From an uncultured Acidobacteriota bacterium (GTDB lineage: Bacteria; Acidobacteriota; Thermoanaerobaculia; UBA5066; Gp7-AA6): 64,000 nt of DNA. The position numbers and the translations under genes were made by a program. Every line of letters begins with the position of its first letter. The first letter of the stretch is position 1. The notes beneath the pieces are model-generated. The model was not told the origin of the DNA, searched no databases, and saw only the letters and a program-made list of their open reading frames with translations. Shown in pieces: positions 56,484 through 64,000 of this stretch. The stretch lies in NCBI GenBank assembly GCA_963764715.1, contig CAVXTP010000006.1:32001-96000 (forward strand). Direction: 5' to 3'.

Positions 56484-57164
56484 TCAGGAAGGCGTTCGGT
56501 CGAGCTGGGTGTAGGTCAGGAGGATGAGGTCCGCGCGGCGACGCACGCCGTACTTCGCCAGCAGATTGGAGACGTGGAACTTCGCCGTCCGCTCCGACAT
56601 GTTGAGCTTGCTCGCGATCTCCTTGTTGGAGAGGTTCTCGAGCAGCGCCTCGAGGACTTCCTTCTCGCGGCGGGAGAGGCGCGTCGGCCCGGCCGGGCCG
56701 CGCGGCCGGCGGACGGAGCTGATCGTCTCGTCGACGAAGCGCGAGAGCAGGGCCCGGGGCACCCAGAATCCCCCGCTCGCGACCTCCTCGACCGCGCGCA
56801 GCAGCTGCTCGGAGGCCTCGGCGAAAGTCAGCAGCCCCTTGGCTCCGAGACGCAGCAACGGGAACGCGACGGACTGATCGAACTTCTCGGCCACGACGAC
56901 CACGCGCGCCGCCGGCTGACGGCCGAGGACGCCGACCACGAGCGCCTCGGTGGTCGGCCGATGCGCGTGGCTCTCGAGCACGTAGACGCCGGCCCGCGGA
57001 ACGTTGAGCTTCGCCGGATCGGCGATGAGATCGGGCTCGAGGCGCCGGGGGTGAACCACGATCGATTCGCTTTCCAGGAGGCGCTCGAACTCCGAGAGCA
57101 CCAGCGGATGGAACGCCAGAAGGCACACCGAAGCCCGCCGGGAAGAGCGCGCAGCCTTTGACAC
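56484..57164 (-). CDS. LuxR/NarL-family transcription regulator with degenerate receiver domain
   Basis: C-terminal HTH LSRREKEVL...LSNKEIASKLNMSERTAKFHVSNLLAK; the likely start is GTG 57164, behind TTGCCC-17nt-TACCCT. Confidence 0.85.
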   Translation of the reverse strand: MSKAARSSRRASVCLLAFHPLVLSEFERLLESESIVVHPRRLEPDLIADPAKLNVPRAGVYVLESHAHRPTTEALVVGVLGRQPAARVVVVAEKFDQSVAFPLLRLGAKGLLTFAEASEQLLRAVEEVASGGFWVPRALLSRFVDETISSVRRPRGPAGPTRLSRREKEVLEALLENLSNKEIASKLNMSERTAKFHVSNLLAKYGVRRRADLILLTYTQLDRTPS

Positions 57165-57336
57165 TGCCTCGAGGGTACGGGATTTGAGCTTCCGGGGCAA
57201 GCGACCCACTGGCCTTCGGGACAGGGCCTTCCCCCATCCTGTCCTGTACGAAGTGAGGACTCCGGGAACAGTAGCCCCCATCCGGGTGTTCGCCCTAGTC
57301 TCGAAATCCAATTCTCTTTAATAGGAGCCCGATCCC

Positions 57337-59451
57337 ATGGTTGTCCCCTTCCTTCGACCTCGTGTATCGATCCGTTTCTCCCTGCTCCTCCTCCTCGCCC
57401 TCGTCGTCGGCTCGAACGCGTTCGGCGCCGACTTTTACGTCTCGCCGACGGCGAGCGCGAGCGGGACGGGCACGCATCAGCAACCCGTGGAAGCTGCAGA
57501 CGGCGCTGAATCAGCCCTCTGTCGGTTCATCCCGGCGACACGATCTGGCTGCGCGGGGGGACCTACACCGGCGCCCCCTTCACCAGCAACCTCAACGGAA
57601 CCTCGGCGAGCCCGATCATCGTGCGCCAGTACCCGGGCGAGCGCGCCACGATCGACGGCAACTACGCCGGCAACGGAAGTCACGCTCAAGATCATGGGCT
57701 CTTACACCTGGTTCTGGGGCTTCGAGATCTTCAACTCCGACCCGACCCGATACACCTCCGACGGCAACAATCCCCCGCGCCGCGGCGAAGGCGTCCAGCT
57801 CTCCGGCGACGACACGCGGATGATCAACCTGATCGTCCACGACACGTCCCAGGGCGTGCTGACGGGCGAGGGCGCCACCGACGCCAGAATCTACGGGAAT
57901 CTCTTCTACTACAACGGCTACGATTCGCCCGACCGCGGCCACGGCCACGGCATCTACGCCCAGAACCTCGGCTCGACGCCCAAGCCGATCTACGACAACA
58001 TCATCTTCCAGCAGTTCGGCTGGGGCATCCACGCCTACGGCGAGGGCGGCCACCTGGACAACCTCGACTTCCAGGGCAATGTCTCCTTCAACAACGGCGG
58101 CCTCTCCGGCGGCTGGCACACCAACATCCTCGTCGGCGGCACGCAGAACAAGGCCACCAACACCAAACTCACTTCCAACTTCACCTACAACACCGCCCAG
58201 GGCAACAACAACAACCTCGGCTACAGCGCCGGCTGCACGAACCCCAGCATCACGAACAACTACCTCGCCAGCGGCACGGCCCTCGGCATCAGCAACTGCA
58301 GCGGCTTGACGATCACCGGCAACACCTTCTACGGCTCGATCTCGGGCTTCACGCAGTCGGGCTTCCCGAGCAACACCTACTACGGCTCGACGCGGCCGAC
58401 CGGCGTCAAGGTCTTCGTCCGTCCCAACGCCTACGAGGCCAAGCGCGCCAACATCGTCGTCTACAACTGGGACCTCCAGAGCACCGTCAGCGTGGACGTC
58501 AGCGGCGTGCTCGCCTCGGGCGACGGCTTCGAGGTCCGCAACGCACAGGACTTCTTCGGCGCACCGGTCCTGACCGGCACCTACGGCGGCGGATCCATCA
58601 CGCTGCCCATGACCGGCCTCTCCGTCGCCGCACCGGTCGGAGTCGTCGCCCCCAACCCCACCGGACCCGAGTTCAACGTCTTCGTCCTGCTGCCGGCTTC
58701 CCCGGGCGGCGTCCCGACGCCCACCCACACGCCCGGTGCGCCCACGGCGACCCGCACGCCCTCTCGAACACCGACCCGGACGCCGACGGTCGCCGTCGGA
58801 ACCGCGACGCGCACTCCAACCCGGACGCCGACGGTCGCCGTCGGAACCCGCACGCGCACTCCAACCCGGACGCCGACGGTCGCCGCCGGCACCGCGACGC
58901 GCACTCCAACCCGGACGCCGACCCGGACCCCGACGAAGACCGCGACCCGGACGCCCACGAGAACACCCACTCGGACCCCCACTCCCGGCGGGACACAAAC
59001 GCTGTTGAGGATCGAGGCCGAAGCGCCGGTGATCGCGGCGCCAATGGCGAAAGCCTCGGACTCCACTGCGTTCGGGGGCTCGTACATCGCGTCGGGAACG
59101 GTCGATTCAGGAACCGGTGCCTGGACGTTCAGCGTCCCGTCGGCCGGCACCTACGTCATCTGGTGCCGAGTGAAATCCCCCACCTCCTCACAGGATTCGG
59201 TCTACATCAAGATCGACACGGGCGCCGAGGACATCTTCGACACGGCCGAAGGGACGTGGTCGCCCAACTGGCAGTGGAGCCGCGTCAACGGCCGCGGCGG
59301 CACCGGAGTTCCCCTGACGCTCAATCCCCGGGTGTTCTCCCTTTCCGCCGGCTCCCACACGTTGACTCTTCGCGGGCGCGAACCGAACACTCGAGTCGAT
59401 CGCGTGATCGTTACGAACGACATGACTTTCGTTCCGACGGAAGCGCCCTGA
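57337..59451 (+). CDS. Secreted right-handed beta-helix protein, copy 1, with TRTP linker and CBM6/35-like C-terminal domain (three +1 indels at ~57476-57673 that restore frame)
   Basis: Signal peptide; DFYVSP, PWKL, PGDTIWLRGGTY, Asn-rich beta-helix repeats; C-terminal RIEAE...AGSHTLTLRGRE. Confidence 0.7.
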   Translation: MVVPFLRPRVSIRFSLLLLLALVVGSNAFGADFYVSPTASASGTGTHQQPVEAADGAESALCRFIPATRSGCAGGPTPAPPSPATSTEPRRARSSCASTRASAPRSTATTPATEVTLKIMGSYTWFWGFEIFNSDPTRYTSDGNNPPRRGEGVQLSGDDTRMINLIVHDTSQGVLTGEGATDARIYGNLFYYNGYDSPDRGHGHGIYAQNLGSTPKPIYDNIIFQQFGWGIHAYGEGGHLDNLDFQGNVSFNNGGLSGGWHTNILVGGTQNKATNTKLTSNFTYNTAQGNNNNLGYSAGCTNPSITNNYLASGTALGISNCSGLTITGNTFYGSISGFTQSGFPSNTYYGSTRPTGVKVFVRPNAYEAKRANIVVYNWDLQSTVSVDVSGVLASGDGFEVRNAQDFFGAPVLTGTYGGGSITLPMTGLSVAAPVGVVAPNPTGPEFNVFVLLPASPGGVPTPTHTPGAPTATRTPSRTPTRTPTVAVGTATRTPTRTPTVAVGTRTRTPTRTPTVAAGTATRTPTRTPTRTPTKTATRTPTRTPTRTPTPGGTQTLLRIEAEAPVIAAPMAKASDSTAFGGSYIASGTVDSGTGAWTFSVPSAGTYVIWCRVKSPTSSQDSVYIKIDTGAEDIFDTAEGTWSPNWQWSRVNGRGGTGVPLTLNPRVFSLSAGSHTLTLRGREPNTRVDRVIVTNDMTFVPTEAP

Positions 59452-59582
59452 CCAGGCGCAATTGAATCAAACGCGCCGACGGCTGCCCCAACGAACAGCG
59501 TCGGCGTCATCGGGGTCACTGTACGAAGTAGGCCTGGGGGACCAGTCGTAATGGGACGGTCCACGCGAGTAGCCTGCTTTCT

Positions 59583-62500
59583 GTGGCGAACTGGCTCGAA
59601 AAGTCCCGCAGAGCGCTGCTCGCGCTCTGCCTGCTTCTCACGGCCGCCGCGGTCTGCGGGACGGACTTCTACGTGTCGCCGACGGCGAGCGCGAGCGGGA
59701 CGGGCACGATCAGCAACCCGTGGAAGCTGCAGACGGCGTTGAATCAGCCCTCTTCGGTTCATCCCGGCGACACGATCTGGCTGCGCGGGGGGACCTACAC
59801 CGGCGCCCCCTTCACCAGCAACCTCAACGGAACCTCGGCGAGCCCGATCATCGTGCGCCAGTACCCGGGCGAGCGCGCCACGATCGACGGCAACTACGCC
59901 GGCACGGAAGTCACGCTCAAGATCATGGGCTCTTACACCTGGTTCTGGGGCTTCGAGATCTTCAACTCCGACCCGACCCGATACACCTCCGACGGCAACA
60001 ATCCCCCGCGCCGCGGCGAAGGCGTCCAGCTCTCCGGCGACTACACGCGGATGATCAACCTGATCGTCCACGACACGTCCCAGGGCGTGCTGACGGGCGA
60101 GGGCGCCACCGACGCCAGAATCTACGGGAATCTCTTCTACTACAACGGCTACGATTCGCCCGACCGCGGCCACGGCCACGGCATCTACGCCCAGAACCTC
60201 GGCTCGACGCCCAAGCCCATCTACGACAACATCATCTTCCAGCAGTTCGGCTGGGGCATCCACGCCTATGGCGAGGGCGGGCACCTGGACAACCTCGACT
60301 TCCAGGGCAATGTCTCCTTCAACAACGGCGGCCTCTCCGGCGGCTGGCACACCAACATCCTCGTCGGCGGCACGCAGAACAAGGCCACCAACACCAAACT
60401 CACTTCCAACTTCACCTACAACACCGCCCAGGGCAACAACAACAACCTCGGCTACAGCGCCGGCTGCACGAACCCCAGCATCACGAACAACTACCTCGCC
60501 AGCGGCACGGCCCTCGGCATCAGCAACTGCAGCGGCTTGACGATCACCGGCAACACCTTCTACGGCTCGATCTCGGGCTTCACGCAGTCTGGCTTCCCGA
60601 GCAACACCTACTACGGCTCGACGCGGCCGACCGGCGTCAAGGTCTTCGTCCGTCCCAACGCCTACGAGGCCAAGCGCGCCAACATCGTCGTCTACAACTG
60701 GGACCTCCAGAGCACCGTCAGCGTGGACGTCAGCGGCGTGCTCGCCTCGGGCGACGGGTTCGAAGTCCGCAACGCACAGGACTTCTTCGGCGCACCGGTC
60801 CTGACCGGCACCTACGGCGGCGGATCGATCACGCTACCGATGACCGGCCTCTCCGTCGCCGCACCGGTCGGCGTCGTCGCTCCCAACCCCACCGGACCCG
60901 AGTTCAACGTCTTCGTCCTGCTCCCGGCCTCCAGCGGAGGGGCCCCCACCGCGACGCCGACGACAGTGCCCACGTTCACGTCCACTCCCACCCCGACTCG
61001 CACGGCGACGGCCACACTCACGCCGCCGCCGCCGACTTTCACGCCGACGTCGACCCCGACGCCGACGCTCGCTCCGCCGACGGCGACACCAACCCACACC
61101 GCGACGCCGGTTCCGCCGACGGCAACGTCGACGCCGACCCCGACGGCGACACCTCCGCCTCCGACGTCGACTCCGACGCCTGCCCCGCCGACCGCGACGG
61201 CGACGGCGACGCCCGCGTCGCCCACGGCGACTCCCACGTCGGCTCCACCCACGAACACGCCCACGCCCACCGAGACGCCTGCTCCACCGACGGCCACGGC
61301 GACTCCGACATTCGACCCGCCCACGGGCACGCCGACGCCGACCGCTTCGCCGGCGCCGCCATCGTCGACACCGACCGCGACGGCGACACCGACGGCCGCT
61401 CCACCCACGGGCACGCCCACGCCGACCGCGTCGCCGGCGCCGCCGACGGCCACTCCGACCCCGACGCGGACCGCGACGTCCGCGCCTCCGACGGCCACGC
61501 CCACGGCGACTCCGCCTCCGCCGACGGCGACCCGGACGGCCACGTCCGTTCCACCGACCGCGACCCGGACTCCGACGCGGACGTCGACCGCGGCGCCGTC
61601 GACCCCGACGCCCACTCCGACCCGGACGTCGACGCCCCTCCGCCGACCGCGACCCGGACTCCGTCCCGCACTCCCTCGCGGACGGCGACGCCTCCGGGAC
61701 CGACACCCACGCCGACCCCGGACGTCATTCGCGTGGAGGCAGAAGCGGCCGCGATGACGGGGCCGATGGTGCCGTTGCCCAACGACCAGGCCTTCGGCGG
61801 CCAGTTCATCACTTCCGTCGATCGGCCAACACCGGCACGGCGACCTGGAACTTCTCGATTCCGACCGCGGACGACTACGTCGTGTGGTGCCGCGTGCTCG
61901 CCGCGACGCAGAGCAACGGCACGCTCTACGCCCGGGCCGACAGCGGCCCCGAGGACGTCTACGACGTGGCCCAGGGGACGTGGGGGCCCAACTGGCAGTG
62001 GACGCGGGTCAACGGCCGCGGCGCCGCCGGCGTGCCGCTCACGATCAATCCCCGCACCTTCACCTTCACCGCCGGGACCCACACGATCCGCCTGCGCGAA
62101 CGGGATCCCCTGACCCGCGTCGACCGCGTGATCGTCACCAACGACTTCGCCTTCGTCCCCACCGAGGGCAACTCGAACGCGTTCGGGGACACGTGGCCCT
62201 CCAACCCGTTCTACGACTTCGTCGAGAACCTCGCGCGCAACCAGATCACCACGCGGTTGCGGCAACGGGCTCTACTGCCCCGCCGCCTCCGTGACGCGCG
62301 CCCAGATGGCGGTGATGCTCCTGAAGAGCAAGCACGGCAGCAGCTACGTGCCCGCCGCCCGCCACCGGCACGGTCTTCTCGGACGTCCCGAGGACCGCGT
62401 TCGCGGCCGCCTGGATCGAGCAGCTCTCCGACGAGGGCGTCACCACCGGCTGCGGCGGCGGCAAGTACTGCCCCAATGCCGCCGTCACCCGGGCCCAGAT

Positions 62501-62728
62501 GGCCGTCTTCCTCCTGCGGGCCGCCAACCCCGACGGGATGGGCGCCGCCGGCGCCGACCGGCCTCTTCGCGGACCTCGCCGCTGACCAACCCGTTCACGC
62601 CCTGGGTCGAGCAGCTCTCCGTCCTGGGAATCACCGCCGGCTGCGGCGGCGGAAACTACTGCCCCAACAGCCCGAACACCCGCGGCCAGATGGCCGTCTT
62701 CCTCGTCCGCACCTTCGACCTCCCCTAG
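59583..62728 (+). CDS. Secreted beta-helix protein, copy 2, with long Pro/Thr linker, CBM-like domain and Cys-rich SLH-like repeats (several frameshifts after ~61630)
   Basis: Module nearly identical to copy 1; ~260-aa PT linker; RVEAE...THTIRLRERD; ends GCGGGNYCP..TRGQMAVFLVRTFDLP*. Confidence 0.7.
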
Positions 62729-62834
62729 CGCGAACCTGTCCGGAGGGTCAGGTCTCGAGGTGCGGACGGAACTGTACTAACTCGGCATCGCCGACCAGTG
62801 GTCTCCGGCGCCGCCGCAGCGTAGGATTCGCTGA

Positions 62835-64000
62835 GTGCGTCTGTTTCATCGAGCTTCGCAGGGGCGCGAGCCTTGTCGCCGTCCTGTTCTGCAGCGTCAC
62901 GCTGGTCTCGGTCCTTCCGGCGTCGGCCGCCGACTTCTACGTCTCGCCGACGGCGAGCGCGAGCGGGACGGGCACGATCAGCAACCCCTGGAAGCTCCAG
63001 ACCGCGCTGAACCAGCCCTCGGCCGTCCATCCCGGCGACACGATCTGGCTGCGCGGCGGGACCTACACCGGCGCCCCCTTCACCAGCTATCTGACGGGGA
63101 CGTCCGCCGCTCCGATCATCGTCCGCCAGTACCCGGGCGAGCGCGCCACGATCGACGGCAACTATGCGGGCAACACGGTCACGCTGACGATCATGGGCTC
63201 TTACACCTGGTACTGGGGCTTCGAGATCTTCAACTCCGATCCCACCCGCTACACCGCCGACGGCAACAACCCCCCGCGCCGCGGCGAGGGAGTCCAGCTC
63301 TCCGGCGACTACACGCGGATGATCAACATGATCGTCCACGACACGTCCCAGGGCGTGCTGACGGGCGAGGGCGCCACCGACGCCCGGATCTACGGAAACC
63401 TCTTCTACTACAACGGCTACGATTCGCCCGGACCGCGGCCACGGCCACGGCATCTACGCCCAGAACCTCGGCTCGACGCCCAAGCCCATCTACGACAACA
63501 TCATCTTCCAGCAGTTCGGCTGGGGCATCCACGCCTACGGCGAGGGCGGGCACCTCGACAACCTCGACTTCCAGGGCAACGTCTCCTTCAACAACGGCGG
63601 CCTCTCCGGCGGCTGGCACACCAACATCCTCGTCGGAGGCACTCAGAATCAGGCCACGAACACCAAACTCATTTCCAACTACACCTACAACACCGGCCAG
63701 GGGAACAACAACAACCTCGGCTATAGCGCCGGCTGCACGAGTCCGAGCGTGACCAACAACTACCTGGCGAGCGGCACGGCCCTCGGCATCAGCAACTGCA
63801 GCTCGATGTCGATCGCGGGCAACACCTTCTACGGATCGATCTCCGGCTTCACGCAGTCGGGCTTCCCGAACAACACCTACTACGGCTCGACGCGGCCGAC
63901 CGGCGTCAAGGTCTTCGTGCGTCCCAACGCCTACGAGGCCAAGCGCGCCAACATCGTCGTCTACAACTGGGACCTCCAGGGCACCGTCAGCGTCGACGTC
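62835..64000 (+). CDS. Secreted beta-helix protein, copy 3 (partial, runs off the window; frameshifts near the start and ~63430)
   Basis: Signal-like SLVAVLFCSVTLVSVLPASAA followed by the same DFYVSPTASASGTG module with scattered substitutions. Confidence 0.7.

Larger units (their letters stand above)
57430..64000 (+). repeat. Long direct repeat of about 1.25 kb in three copies (57430-58695, 59664-60925, 62932->64000)
   Basis: Copies 1 and 2 are almost base-identical by eye; copy 3 is slightly diverged. Confidence 0.9.

Noticed and set aside
57165-57311. N-terminal 49 codons of the 275-aa LuxR ORF
   Set aside because: They overlap the divergent promoter region and the shared motif. A promoter-adjacent GTG at 57164 is a better start.
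50090-61720. CRISPR array or non-coding tandem repeat in the Pro/Thr-rich tracts
   Set aside because: The tracts are in-frame protein linkers with codon-level variation. There is no constant repeat/unique spacer pattern and no cas genes.
57430-64000. Diversity-generating retroelement (TR/VR) explanation for the repeated beta-helix module
   Set aside because: The repeats are over 1 kb and all coding, the differences are not adenine-specific, and no reverse transcriptase is present in the window.

Overview
High-GC bacterial window, most consistent with Acidobacteriota (Thermoanaerobaculia-like; inferred from protein character, not a database search). About 6.7-47.1 kb is one minus-strand housekeeping supercluster: rplM-rpsI-rpsB-tsf-pyrH-frr-ispD-ispF-rlmB, tRNA Thr/Tyr/Gly/Thr, tuf, rpmG, tRNA-Trp, secE-nusG-rplKAJL-rpoBC, then the str, S10, spc and alpha operons. 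The left end holds an amidase, gatAC, a probable CC-adding tRNA nucleotidyltransferase, a PilT/PilU ATPase with a coiled-coil tail, and vanZ. The right 17 kb is an accessory cell-surface region. It contains two PQQ-type sugar dehydrogenases with IPT and Cys-rich SLH-like tails, an ATP-grasp/GNAT/ThDP-enzyme operon, and a LuxR/NarL-type regulator with a degenerate receiver domain. It ends with at least three tandem secreted beta-helix proteins that share a near-identical ~1.25 kb N-terminal module but have different C-termini. Each of the three is preceded by the same lux-box-like motif; this set is the best candidate for an undescribed system. Many single-base indels break essential genes (rpoB, fusA, tuf, secY, rpsD and others). 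I treat these as long-read or assembly errors, so several coordinates span frameshifts.
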